Source of the DNA: a virus
Virus record (IMG/VR): IMGVR_UViG_3300037882_001492
Location: 32,001 to 96,000 of that record
DNA: 64,000 nucleotides
Direction: 5' to 3' (one strand)
Positions 46,827 through 57,082 of this stretch are shown piece by piece (position 1 is the stretch's first letter; every line of letters starts with the position of its first letter). A model generated the notes under the pieces. The model had not been told where the DNA came from, made no database searches, and worked only from the letters and a program-made list of their open reading frames with translations. The translations under genes were made by a program, and so were the position numbers.

Positions 46827-48347
46827 TTAGCTTCTAAGAACTTGACCGAACGGAGTTGTTAAGTAGTTCGAATTCGCACCAATTACTCTGATGATTCTGT
46901 AGAACTTCGATTCAGGAGTTACCGCTGTTTTGCCGTAGCGAGTAAGTAATCCTTTTCTTGGTTGGAAATCCTCAGGGTTAGTGATTGTTGGTCCCATTTG
47001 CAGCGGAATGTAAGGGCAGTAAATTACTCCTGCTTCCATTTCGTTGTTTCCTTTGTAACCCATCAGAATTTCGTCTTCTGGATACAGAGGATCAATGTAC
47101 ACATCGAATTGACCTAACCATTTTCCTTTATACAGGATGTTTGTACCAAGTGTACCAGCCTCTTTCGATTCGATACCTCCTTCCAGTTTAGCAGCCGAAT
47201 GCATGATTGCGGCCATGAAAGGAGAAGTTACAATCCAGTTACCCGGACCTCTTAAAGTAGTTTTGTAAATGTGCTGCGAAGCAAAGTTTACCACACCAAG
47301 TAAGTTAGCGTACACATGTCCGATATGCTGTGGAGCAAATCCTAGAGCAGTTGTAGCAAAGTCAATCAGGAAAATGTTTCTTTCGGTACCACTTGGGTTA
47401 GTTCCCAAAGTAGTCGCTGCGCTGTTAGCCGGATCTAATTCATACAAATACTTTCCACCTGTGAAGTCAATGCCGTCACTTGGGAAGTTATTTGCGTTAG
47501 CCATATCAAGATAGCCGCGTTTAAATCCACCTACCGAACCAATATCATATGCAAGCGAACGCACATCTTCAATAAGTTCTCTGTCAATTTCTAGACGGAC
47601 TTCGGAAGTTAACAGCGAAGTTAATTCACGCTCCAAATCTAAGTTATGATAAGCCTTAAGGTCTTGCTGTGCTTCGATTGTCCATAGCGCACGGAACTTA
47701 CGAGTTCTAGCGTTAACAGATTGCGTTTCGATATGAAGTGCAATTTCAGGAATGTTGCTTCCGCTCAAAACTTCACCAGCAGAGACAGACCAAGGAGCAT
47801 TATAACCAGCAGCAGTACCGCTAGGCCATCCAGCGATTCTACCACCTACTGTTGAAGAAGGGGGTAGATAATCTCCACCAATTTGTGTTAGTGAGCTAAA
47901 AGATTTCGATCCTGCACCCGCAGTATCAGTACTTGCTTCAAGCGCACCAATATTACCGTTTGGACCAGCTTCCATACCTCCATAAATCATGTTGTATTTG
48001 CTGTAAACAGTTTGGTGAACACCGTTGTGTGATCTACGGTGACCCAGGTAAAATACTTGGGAAACCGGCCCTTGCATCGGTTGAGTACCGACAATCTTGT
48101 TGGCGATTAATTGAGGGAAAATCCTACGAACGATTGGGAATGAAAACTTTTGGAAGGTACCTAACTGACCTACATGTGTAGCCTCAGTTAAAGGAATACC
48201 AGCTTCCGCTCTTTCATGGATAATGCTTCTCGCTTGGTTCTCAAGCAGGATAGCAGTATTTTCCAGAACAGTCTGGTTATCAATACCTCTTAAGATTTTT
48301 CCCCATTTTTTGACCAATTGGTCCATTTTCTTTTTATCGTGTTTCAT
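46827..48347 (-). CDS. major capsid protein (gp23-like)
   Basis: LLENQ; PIVRR..P.LIA...VGTQPM.GP; ARTRK..A.WT.EA.QDL.A.H; EIDREL; YCPYIPL; FQPRKG..TRYG. Confidence 0.97.
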   Translation of the reverse strand: MKHDKKKMDQLVKKWGKILRGIDNQTVLENTAILLENQARSIIHERAEAGIPLTEATHVGQLGTFQKFSFPIVRRIFPQLIANKIVGTQPMQGPVSQVFYLGHRRSHNGVHQTVYSKYNMIYGGMEAGPNGNIGALEASTDTAGAGSKSFSSLTQIGGDYLPPSSTVGGRIAGWPSGTAAGYNAPWSVSAGEVLSGSNIPEIALHIETQSVNARTRKFRALWTIEAQQDLKAYHNLDLERELTSLLTSEVRLEIDRELIEDVRSLAYDIGSVGGFKRGYLDMANANNFPSDGIDFTGGKYLYELDPANSAATTLGTNPSGTERNIFLIDFATTALGFAPQHIGHVYANLLGVVNFASQHIYKTTLRGPGNWIVTSPFMAAIMHSAAKLEGGIESKEAGTLGTNILYKGKWLGQFDVYIDPLYPEDEILMGYKGNNEMEAGVIYCPYIPLQMGPTITNPEDFQPRKGLLTRYGKTAVTPESKFYRIIRVIGANSNYLTTPFGQVLRS

Positions 48348-48359
48348 GGGTTTTCTTTA

Positions 48360-48947
48360 TTAATCTAAATTTTTATTGAATGACATAACCTCTTCTGTTA
48401 AGAAGGGGTTAGTCCCAAAATCCGCATCATCATCAGATGCATTATCGTTTAAATTTTGGGCGACGATTACGGCTTTTCCACTAAAGTTTTTGCGTAAAGC
48501 CTTCGCATTTTCTTGAACTTGTTTAAGAAGTTCTTTATTTTTGCGCTCTAATGCTTTGTTATCTTTCGAAAGATTTTCAATAACTTCTCTCGCTTCTTGG
48601 ATAACACCAACCATTTCTTCTTTTTCAGTTAAAAGAACATTGGTTTTTTCAGCGACCGCTTCATCAAGATGAATGCTTTCACCGATCTGTGGCTTAATAG
48701 CATTTACAATAAGTTGTAAAGTTTTCTCGGCTTCTGTTTTAGCATTAGCCTTGGCTGATTCACAAAGAGTATCGTATTGTTCTTTAAGATAGACAGAAAC
48801 CTGACGGCTCAATTTATCTTTGAAAACTTTAACTTCACTATCAATTTGTGATTCAAGCAACTGAACAATTTCAATTACAGCTTCGGCTGAAAAACCTTCC
48901 GGTAACAGCGCAATAAGCTTTTCTTTCAGTTTCTTATTCATAATCAA
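48360..48947 (-). CDS. prohead scaffolding protein (gp22-like)
   Basis: Coiled-coil protein between protease and capsid; ATAGATA upstream. Confidence 0.7.
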   Translation of the reverse strand: MIMNKKLKEKLIALLPEGFSAEAVIEIVQLLESQIDSEVKVFKDKLSRQVSVYLKEQYDTLCESAKANAKTEAEKTLQLIVNAIKPQIGESIHLDEAVAEKTNVLLTEKEEMVGVIQEAREVIENLSKDNKALERKNKELLKQVQENAKALRKNFSGKAVIVAQNLNDNASDDDADFGTNPFLTEEVMSFNKNLD

Positions 48948-48986
48948 GTATATCTATGTTGTGGAAAAAGTGTATCTCAACTTTTT

Positions 48987-49595
48987 TTATTTTCTATTCT
49001 TAATAGCAAATTTCAAGGCTGCAATAAAAGCTTCTTCTTTCTTTGCGGCCTCTAAACCTTTCTCAATGATTAAGGTTGACTCCTGAACCATTTCAGGAAT
49101 TGCAGACGAGAAAGATGGATCGGCAACGAAATCCCAACATTTAATTCTAAGATTATCGCCTACTTGATATTTCCCTTCTTGCAATGGAATTAGATTCCCT
49201 GTCGCTCTAGAAGAAACTCCTACTTTAATACCTTCTTTAATAAGGTCTTTTACAATTCTTCCAGCATGAGTGTCCATTACAGCGAACTCACCATAAACTT
49301 TATTACCTTCCATCCAAACTTTAGTTAATTTGTTGGCAGCGTTTTTAAGATTGATTGTAGGAGTATTAGGATGATCCAGTTCCCCTGTTAAATATCCTTC
49401 TTCGCTGATAATTTTAGAAAGTCTTTTAATTTCTGCCTCTAAGATTTTCTTAGGATAGATTCTATTGTTCTTATTTAAAACATCGGCTTCGGAAATCAAT
49501 CCACGAAGAACCAAAGGTCCATCTTCTTTCTTACCTTCGGAGATAACTTCTTCCAATCCAAAGAAGTTCCAAAAATCATTTAATAGATTACTCAT
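48987..49595 (-). CDS. prohead protease (gp21-like)
   Basis: NKNNRIYP; GELDHP; GVSSRATG; WDFVADPS. Confidence 0.94.
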   Translation of the reverse strand: MSNLLNDFWNFFGLEEVISEGKKEDGPLVLRGLISEADVLNKNNRIYPKKILEAEIKRLSKIISEEGYLTGELDHPNTPTINLKNAANKLTKVWMEGNKVYGEFAVMDTHAGRIVKDLIKEGIKVGVSSRATGNLIPLQEGKYQVGDNLRIKCWDFVADPSFSSAIPEMVQESTLIIEKGLEAAKKEEAFIAALKFAIKNRK

Positions 49596-50046
49596 ATTGT
49601 TTTAGTCGAGTTAATAAATCTGATTTAGCTTTTTTAACCTTTTTCTTCGGCTTTAAAGTAATCTTTTTAGGAGCTTTCTTTCCTGGCCCTGCCATATTAA
49701 CTCCAATGGTTCCACAGGTTGTCATTTCTAAAACTTTAGAAATGATCTTTTTTGCTCTTTCCAGAACTTGAATTTCTTCTTCTGTTAGAAGTTTTGAATA
49801 TTGAGTTTTATGTTTTGGAGCAGGCTTTTCTTCCTTACTCTCTCCAATAAAGAATTCAGGAACTTCAACATTAGATAAATCAGGAACATAGCGATGTTCA
49901 GGTGCTAAGTCATCTTCTTTAGAAGCGGCAAGTTTCGAGAGGGGTTTTTCAATAAACCCCTCTTCGTCTGTGATTCCGTGTTCTGTGAGAATATCCCAAG
50001 CCGCTGATGAAATAGACCCTTCTTCAATATCTGGATCGTCATTCAT
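49588..50046 (-). CDS. hypothetical head-associated protein
   Basis: Acidic N-terminus, basic C-terminus; upstream of the protease. Confidence 0.55.
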   Translation of the reverse strand: MNDDPDIEEGSISSAAWDILTEHGITDEEGFIEKPLSKLAASKEDDLAPEHRYVPDLSNVEVPEFFIGESKEEKPAPKHKTQYSKLLTEEEIQVLERAKKIISKVLEMTTCGTIGVNMAGPGKKAPKKITLKPKKKVKKAKSDLLTRLKQYE

Positions 50047-50049
50047 AGT

Positions 50050-50613
50050 TTACAGCTCCTTTAGAAACAATACTCCGTCAGCGTCATCTTCGTCTTCAAC
50101 CATTTCAAGTTCCCCATCTTCATTTTCAGATACGGAAAGTGTAAGGTCGGCATCTTCTTCATTGTCAACGACTTCGTATTCAATACCATCAATTTCGACA
50201 GTAGCAGTTTCATCATTGTCACCTTCGTTTTCTTCCGACTCAACTAGCTTTACATAAACTTCACCAGTTGTTTCATCAAGACTGATTTCATCCGAAAGAA
50301 CATAAACTTGTTCGTCAATTTCTACTGTCTTAACGGGTTCGATTTCTTCTTGATTTAACGATTCAAAGATATTAGAATCCAATTCGAAAATACGAGCGTA
50401 CATATCGCCTTCTTCCGAAGTGATTACTTCGCTAGAAATTCCGAATAAGTATCCATCGTTTTCATAGAAATGTTCTGGTGCTTTTTCATTTTTCTCATCA
50501 CCATTAACAAGTTCAGCTTCTTCTTGAGACGATTCGATTAAAGCGCCAACGAAAGAGTCAACAACTTCGCCATTTTCATTTAGAAAATTTTTCATTTTAT
50601 TTTTAAGGGTCAT
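50050..50613 (-). CDS. highly acidic protein (prohead core-like)
   Basis: Very Glu/Asp-rich; in the head module. Confidence 0.55.
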   Translation of the reverse strand: MTLKNKMKNFLNENGEVVDSFVGALIESSQEEAELVNGDEKNEKAPEHFYENDGYLFGISSEVITSEEGDMYARIFELDSNIFESLNQEEIEPVKTVEIDEQVYVLSDEISLDETTGEVYVKLVESEENEGDNDETATVEIDGIEYEVVDNEEDADLTLSVSENEDGELEMVEDEDDADGVLFLKEL

Positions 50614-50851
50614 TCCTTAACCCTAACTTATCTATTACTTTAGTTAATGTCTCTTCTAATTTATTTGTTCTTTGGTAAGTTTCTTCCGCCCATTTTTTAG
50701 GTGCGGCGTTTCCAGCAATAAACCTAATCGCTTTTCCAAACCATTTTCTGCCTTTCTTAAATAACAAAGGAAGACCAAAGATTAACAATATTATGTAAAA
50801 GACATATTTTAAAAATGTTTTAAAGATGCTTTCAATCCATGAAGATTTCAC
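50603..50851 (-). CDS. single-TM membrane protein (in frame with the upstream lipoprotein)
   Basis: TM YVFYIILLIFGLPLLF plus basic tail; GTG start 5 codons after the upstream TAG, same frame. Confidence 0.55.
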   Translation of the reverse strand: MKSSWIESIFKTFLKYVFYIILLIFGLPLLFKKGRKWFGKAIRFIAGNAAPKKWAEETYQRTNKLEETLTKVIDKLGLRNDP

Positions 50852-50866
50852 TTCGGATTTAAGAAC

Positions 50867-51169
50867 CTACCCTATTTTTTCATTAAAAGTATCTGTTCTT
50901 GGAGCGGATGTATTAGTATAAATTACTGGATTTTGTGAAGTCGGATCAACATATACAACAGTAATTTCCTGTTCTGGTTCTGGATCGGGCATAAAAGCAT
51001 CCGCGGCTACATCGCCAATCATCGCTCCACCTATTGCGCCAATTGGACCCCCTAAAGACCCAACTGCGGCCCCGGCACCCACAAAGGCAGTTTGAGCCAT
51101 ATTGTTTCGTATTTGTGCAGAACAGCCTACAGAAAACAATAAAGTTAAAAATAATAAAATTGCCTTCAC
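50867..51169 (-). CDS. lipoprotein with glycine zipper
   Basis: Lipobox SVGC; GAGAAVGSLGGPIGAIGGAMIG; CTAAATA at 51174-51180. Confidence 0.65.
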   Translation of the reverse strand: MKAILLFLTLLFSVGCSAQIRNNMAQTAFVGAGAAVGSLGGPIGAIGGAMIGDVAADAFMPDPEPEQEITVVYVDPTSQNPVIYTNTSAPRTDTFNEKIG

Positions 51170-51176
51170 ATATTAT

Positions 51177-52841
51177 TTAGTAAAATACACCAATAACATA
51201 GGCTTTACATTGAACCGGATCGGATGAATCAGGTAAACCTTGAATTTGATATCTTAAATTAAATAACATGGAATCCAAATCTAAGTCAACAGGCATAAAA
51301 GTTATTGAAGACTGTCTACCAACAACCCACGCCGACAAATCTGCAACCTCGTAATATACATTTATAGAGGGTTTTGTAACTTTTGTAATTAATCTCACAG
51401 AAGAATTATTGCTTCCTCCTGCTTTTAAATAAACATCTAAACGAACAACTAAACCACGAATCTTAGTAAGATCAATCGTTTCTGAATTAAAACTCGTATA
51501 TGGAATTTCAATATTCAAATCTAAATCAGAAGTTCCCCGATAAGTAAATTCTGTTGTCTGCCCTCCCATAGCGGAATCAATTAAAAAGATTGGTCCGGCC
51601 CTATCAAACAAATATGTTCCAATAGGCAAATCATCCTCTAATTTACTTATTCTTCCTTCATGGTTCCCTGGTGCAACAAGACCTGAACCTTTTACAATAG
51701 AGTTTCTTAAAGTCGCATAATCGGGATCAAGTCGAGTTAAAAATCTGTTTTTGATAGACGGTCTGTAAGAAACTGCGACCGCCTGTCTTTCATCAAAGGT
51801 CAGTTCAGCGGTTCTGAAAAATGGACGAATATCCATTAAATTTTCGGCGGGAATAAACCCCCCTTCAATATGACCAAAAGGTGTTAATACATATGCGATA
51901 GGCAAACAGAAAACACCTCTTTCAGCAAGTTGGGTTTGCGCCCATTCTGCTAATTGATCTTGGTCAGGAATATCAAAATCTTGAATTTCGAAACTATTGA
52001 TTGGATCGTTTACCAAATCAATTGGTCGCCATTCATAGTTTTTAATATCTTCAACGGCAGGAATAGTTGTGTAACGAAGTTTATCTTCAATTCCAGTAAC
52101 TCCACCTTTCTTTTCATCTATAACATCAATTTCGTTAATGTCCTTAGATTGTTGATGAACTGTTCCCCCAACCAAATCTTCTCCGGTTTCGAATCTCTGT
52201 CCTGCTTTTCTACTTTCCGAGACATTGGCAGGGAAATCCAAGAAATAACCACCCTTAATCAGCCCCAGTTTCGGTTTAGCATTATCTTGATCTTCGGCTG
52301 GATAGGCTTCTATGAAAAGCAAGTCCAAACGATATACAGGAGTTTTATTAGAACCTGTATCACCGCCCGGATAATCTTCTTGTGTAAAAGAAGGTATTGT
52401 AATATTTGGATCAATATTATTTTCTTGTAAGAGACGGACTAAAGCAGTTCTTCCAACGCCTCCTACTTTATCAGGATGATTTAAACCATAAGCAGAATCT
52501 TCTGGTTGGGCTTTAACATCGCCTCTTGAAAGTTCTCCTTGTTCACCTTTATTTTGTCTTTCCCCTAATCCTGTATAACGATCCGAAGGTGTATTGACTC
52601 TTGCAATAAAGTTTCCTGGTTTAACAAAAACTTTACCAGGAGACGACTCGCTAACATAAGGTTTTAAATCACCAAATAACTCCCGACCTGATAAAGAATC
52701 AATTTGTGCCTTTAGTTGGTCTAGTTGAAATTGTAAGATTTCGTCATTTGTTAACAAATCTTTTAAAGGCAAGTTTTGAACTTGGTAATAAAAAGGATCA
52801 GATGGTAAATAAAATCTGATATTTGTAGTGACTCTGCTCAT
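51177..52841 (-). CDS. virion structural protein (tail/baseplate-associated)
   Basis: Structural module; N-terminal DPFYYQVQNLPL resembles FYNYEKDNVPL of the neighbour; CTAGATA upstream. Confidence 0.6.
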   Translation of the reverse strand: MSRVTTNIRFYLPSDPFYYQVQNLPLKDLLTNDEILQFQLDQLKAQIDSLSGRELFGDLKPYVSESSPGKVFVKPGNFIARVNTPSDRYTGLGERQNKGEQGELSRGDVKAQPEDSAYGLNHPDKVGGVGRTALVRLLQENNIDPNITIPSFTQEDYPGGDTGSNKTPVYRLDLLFIEAYPAEDQDNAKPKLGLIKGGYFLDFPANVSESRKAGQRFETGEDLVGGTVHQQSKDINEIDVIDEKKGGVTGIEDKLRYTTIPAVEDIKNYEWRPIDLVNDPINSFEIQDFDIPDQDQLAEWAQTQLAERGVFCLPIAYVLTPFGHIEGGFIPAENLMDIRPFFRTAELTFDERQAVAVSYRPSIKNRFLTRLDPDYATLRNSIVKGSGLVAPGNHEGRISKLEDDLPIGTYLFDRAGPIFLIDSAMGGQTTEFTYRGTSDLDLNIEIPYTSFNSETIDLTKIRGLVVRLDVYLKAGGSNNSSVRLITKVTKPSINVYYEVADLSAWVVGRQSSITFMPVDLDLDSMLFNLRYQIQGLPDSSDPVQCKAYVIGVFY

Positions 52842-55800
52842 TATAGTAATTTATCTAGTTCGAATAAGTTAAGGGATCTGACCCCTACTCCGAAAGTGCT
52901 ATCAGCCAAATGTCCGTCTCGTCCTTCACCGCCACCGTCAACCCTAGAACGATAAACCGATAATCCATTTACTTTCTTTAATGAAAGCTGTTTAGCGTTA
53001 GAAAAAATGTGCAATCCAGTTTCATCTAAGAAGTTTCTCATATATCCTTGCCATTCCATATGTAAAGGCGGAATTGAGAATGACGGGATAGCGGAAATCG
53101 AAACCGTGCTACTTGTTGAGTATTTAGCTGCAAGATACGCTGCTATTTCAGGAGCGATAGTTGCAGGAACACCAGCACCAGGAGCGGGAATACCCCATCC
53201 AAAAATATCTTCAAAGGCACTTAAAGAAAGTCCAGAGATATCATTTCCTCCGTCAAGACCAATAATGCGTCTAAATGTATCCGATCCAGCAACCGAAGAA
53301 GCATCCATTACGAACATCATGTAACCTTGAGCATTAACTTGGTCAATAGGATAGCCTCCGGTGTCGCGTCCAATCGTAATATTTCCATTAGATTGATGAT
53401 CTGCCGATACAGCAAACATTGATTTCAAGTCACCTCTATGACCTAGCATTAAACGATAAACACCCTGGTTTCTCCACGCATTATCGTTATTATAGGTTGT
53501 CGCAGCACCGTACAGTCCAAAGTAATCTAGTGCTACACCGTTAGCCCATTTTCCAGCAGGTCCATGATATCCGTTAATTTCACAGATTCCTTTTGGATCA
53601 CCGAAATTCAATCTCACATTAGACATGTGAATACGAGAAGTATCCGCAATATTCCAGATTTGAATCTGTGTTCCGATAGCAGACGGTGTGAAGTAGTCAT
53701 TACACGGATCAGGATATCTTCCATAACCACTAATGTTATAACTGTGTTGTGCTAAAGCAGGATCAGAAATTGTAATTTTACCAGGAGATCCACCTGTATC
53801 AAATAAAGGTTTATTAGTATATGGATCGGTTCCTGCTGCTATCGCTCCGAAGTTTGTGTACCCTACAGAACTTAGAACAGAGACAGTTGGTCCTGGTTCA
53901 GATCCATAAGTTTCTAGTCCAGATCCAAGATAACTATAAATTACTCCTGAACATGAAGATGCCGGAACTGAATATAGGAAGTTAGTCATATCAACATCAA
54001 CATAACTATTTCCTACTGCGCGCAATACCATTCCACCTGCACAAATTGAAGAAGCACTTCCTGATGCGATTAATCTAGAACTTCTAGTAAATGGAGTTGA
54101 TCCGTCGGCTTCAAAGAATCCGCTCGCCGCTAATGCAGAAGTGAATGGATTAGGATAGAATTGAATATAACTATCTTGGTTGACGCTCTGCCAGATCGAA
54201 CTTAAATCAGAGTCTTGGAAAGCGCCTGTATTCTTTCTTGGGAAGTTTGTTGTCGCTTCGCCAGACACAGTTCCTCCTAAGTTTTTGAAAACGATTCCAG
54301 AGTTTTTACTTGCAATTAAACAAGCTCTTGTTGAGTGTAATTCGATCTTAGTTTGGTTACCAGATTCAGTTAGTCCGTATTTGAAAGTCTCTGGAATGAA
54401 ATCTCCATCAGTTGTAGGAGTTTGGAAACTTACAATGGAGTTTTCCTCTACGAGAATTGGGACTCCAAAGCGAGAAACTTTTGTTGGACCTGTGATTTCA
54501 ATTTCAGAATTTCCAACAGCAGCGAACGCAGCCGATTGCCACGAATCTACTAATCCAGCAACAGAGAAATCGCCTGCCGAGTCGGGTATCATGCTTGCAA
54601 CGGTACTTGAGCGTTTAGTTCCTCTTAAAGCGAGTTTCGAATTATTCGAAACATATGCGATCTTACCTTTAACGGGAGCGTTTGCCGAAGTTGCGAAACA
54701 GGCATTTACCAACTCGACAAAAGAACTATCAGAGATTCTAATAGAAGGAAGATCAAACAATGTTCCTGTATTAGATCCGTGGTTAGTCATTGCAGACGCA
54801 TAAGTAGCCGCATTTTCGTGACCTCCCCATGAACCAATATAGTCAGGAATTGAAGACAATCCTGTATAGTAAGGTTTAATATATGATCCCTTAGTTGCAT
54901 ATAAGTTAATACCATTTTGCGATACATGGTATGCAACTTTAGTTCCATCAGGGATTTGCGCGCTGATTTCATCACAACGGTAACCATAAGTGATTTGGGA
55001 ATTTCTTAATTCAATGCCTTTTTCTTGGTTATCGTCTACAGTAAATTGCGGAGTGTTTATTGTGCTGTCTTCTAAGACAATACCGTTCTTATTATTAAAC
55101 GCATCCAATCGGCCAAGATAGTTACATTGTGATTGTTGGAAATGAATTCCTGTTTTAGTGTTTTGAAAACTTTGAAGAATACCAGTTGTTAAGTCTGTTC
55201 CACCGCCGTTTGCTTTTCCAGTCTCTTTTCTAGTTCCACCAGAAATAACGGATTTTAATGCTCTAATACCAACATCACAACGACTAGCAGCAACTAGGAA
55301 TTTGTTGAAATTAGTGTCAGCAGTTACACCTAATGGGGTATCCAAGAACTCTAAATTAGAATTAATCAAATCAATACCTGCGCCATCAATTGTTGAAGTG
55401 CGGCTACCGTCTGAATTTCTAGCGTAAATTCTATGGGCGATAAGACTTCCAAGAACGCCTACAGTAGAATTTTGAATTTTAATACCAGCTTTTTGTGTTC
55501 TTATTGCACCACAGTTCTCTAATAATATTTCAGATCCGGCGATATCAAATCCGTTTGCTGTAGAATGAATTAGTCCAGTCGAAGTATCGTCACTTTGAGC
55601 GCCGTCAACTAAAATTCCATCTAATTTGATCTTACCGTAACAGTTTCGAATCTTAACGGCACTACAGAAGTTTCCATAAATATTACCTACAACCACATCT
55701 GCTGCTGCAATAACATCTCTTGCTGTCTCTAATGAGTCGCCTGTTCCCGCCTTTTGTTTAGCATTTAAATCGTAGTCAGCAATTGAGTTATCGTTTGCAG

Positions 55801-56497
55801 AAGTATAAACAGCGCAATCAATAAAGTCATTAGAAGCGTTTGCTAAAGTAAAACCTAGTGCAAACTGAATTCTATCAGTTTCTTCTTCGGTATCTGGCCG
55901 TTTAGCAAATATGAATCTCCCCGAACTTGCTGTAAAATTTGAGTTATCAAATAAGAGATTTCCTACTCTTGTTGAACTTGCTTCATTATGGAAATATGAC
56001 TTCGCGTAATTAGAAGTAATCCTTGTTAATGAAGGAACCGATCCAGCAGGAGAATGAGAAGCGTTTCCTACAGTTTCGACAACTCCTGAACTTTCAAAGA
56101 AATGCAGCTTATTCTTAATGTGTAAGGCACCATTATCCCCAATTGTTGTAATACCGTCTAATTGAAGAGTCCCTAAATTACCATAATCACAAATTTCTAC
56201 AAATAAAGGGAAAGTTAATCTTTGTGGAATACGCCGAACAATATCGTCCCAATTATCATAAACTCCAATTGAATGATCTGCTGTTGACGAAAGAGTTAAG
56301 GTTGTGGGTTGATTTTCATCGCCAGGATATCCTAAAAACTGTCTTAAAAGATCGGTTCTTAAAAACAATTTAATTAAAGGAACATTGTCTTTTTCATAAT
56401 TATAAAACGAACTTGCATCATGCAAGTACGATGATTCATAATCTGTTAAAAGAATATTAGAACCACTAGAGAGATTAAAATTGTTTAAATTAGTCAT
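52841..56497 (-). CDS. large parallel beta-helix-like (tailspike-like) protein
   Basis: Repeated N..xGIxLxxS turns (KAGIKIQNS, GIDLINS, GIVLEDS, GIELRNS). Confidence 0.65.
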   Translation of the reverse strand: MTNLNNFNLSSGSNILLTDYESSYLHDASSFYNYEKDNVPLIKLFLRTDLLRQFLGYPGDENQPTTLTLSSTADHSIGVYDNWDDIVRRIPQRLTFPLFVEICDYGNLGTLQLDGITTIGDNGALHIKNKLHFFESSGVVETVGNASHSPAGSVPSLTRITSNYAKSYFHNEASSTRVGNLLFDNSNFTASSGRFIFAKRPDTEEETDRIQFALGFTLANASNDFIDCAVYTSANDNSIADYDLNAKQKAGTGDSLETARDVIAAADVVVGNIYGNFCSAVKIRNCYGKIKLDGILVDGAQSDDTSTGLIHSTANGFDIAGSEILLENCGAIRTQKAGIKIQNSTVGVLGSLIAHRIYARNSDGSRTSTIDGAGIDLINSNLEFLDTPLGVTADTNFNKFLVAASRCDVGIRALKSVISGGTRKETGKANGGGTDLTTGILQSFQNTKTGIHFQQSQCNYLGRLDAFNNKNGIVLEDSTINTPQFTVDDNQEKGIELRNSQITYGYRCDEISAQIPDGTKVAYHVSQNGINLYATKGSYIKPYYTGLSSIPDYIGSWGGHENAATYASAMTNHGSNTGTLFDLPSIRISDSSFVELVNACFATSANAPVKGKIAYVSNNSKLALRGTKRSSTVASMIPDSAGDFSVAGLVDSWQSAAFAAVGNSEIEITGPTKVSRFGVPILVEENSIVSFQTPTTDGDFIPETFKYGLTESGNQTKIELHSTRACLIASKNSGIVFKNLGGTVSGEATTNFPRKNTGAFQDSDLSSIWQSVNQDSYIQFYPNPFTSALAASGFFEADGSTPFTRSSRLIASGSASSICAGGMVLRAVGNSYVDVDMTNFLYSVPASSCSGVIYSYLGSGLETYGSEPGPTVSVLSSVGYTNFGAIAAGTDPYTNKPLFDTGGSPGKITISDPALAQHSYNISGYGRYPDPCNDYFTPSAIGTQIQIWNIADTSRIHMSNVRLNFGDPKGICEINGYHGPAGKWANGVALDYFGLYGAATTYNNDNAWRNQGVYRLMLGHRGDLKSMFAVSADHQSNGNITIGRDTGGYPIDQVNAQGYMMFVMDASSVAGSDTFRRIIGLDGGNDISGLSLSAFEDIFGWGIPAPGAGVPATIAPEIAAYLAAKYSTSSTVSISAIPSFSIPPLHMEWQGYMRNFLDETGLHIFSNAKQLSLKKVNGLSVYRSRVDGGGEGRDGHLADSTFGVGVRSLNLFELDKLL

Positions 56498-56500
56498 TGG

Positions 56501-57082
56501 TTAAAATTCAATTGTCCACACGATATGCAAAGCATATTCATTAGTTTTAGCAAGTTCAGTAAATTGTCTATATGCACATAAATATGCTCTAGCAGGGCTT
56601 GTTTGTTCGGGGTTTCTGCTAAACAATCCAACTTCATCAATTCCAAGACCATTCCCTGCATTTTCATCTAAAATAAGTCTCCAACGACATTTTCTTGAAG
56701 AAACTTTATCAATATAAGCTTGAGGGATTTCCGCAAATGCTTGATTTGTATAAACTGTTCCTGATGCTGTTAAACTTTGCGTTACCAAACCAAGAAAACC
56801 ACTTCCATATTGGGCAAAGGTTAAAGCATTACCTAAACGCCCATTGCTGGAAACTTGCAGTCCGGCTGCCCCACCAGTACCAACTTGAAATAAATTTATT
56901 TGGAAATTAAATATATTTGATTCTGAGGAAGCAGCAAAGGCTCCGGCAACCGTAGCACCCATCCCACTACAAACCACATTCGCCTCATCAAATACTTTTT
57001 CTATTCGACCATTTTTAAACACTTTAAAAATCTCTAAGTGTCCTTTGTAATCTTGATAATTTTCTTGAAAAGTCTTATTCAT
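56501..57082 (-). CDS. tail/baseplate structural protein
   Basis: KGHLEIF...N.V; IDEVGLF; AYRQF...K......IVWTIEF. Confidence 0.65.
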   Translation of the reverse strand: MNKTFQENYQDYKGHLEIFKVFKNGRIEKVFDEANVVCSGMGATVAGAFAASSESNIFNFQINLFQVGTGGAAGLQVSSNGRLGNALTFAQYGSGFLGLVTQSLTASGTVYTNQAFAEIPQAYIDKVSSRKCRWRLILDENAGNGLGIDEVGLFSRNPEQTSPARAYLCAYRQFTELAKTNEYALHIVWTIEF

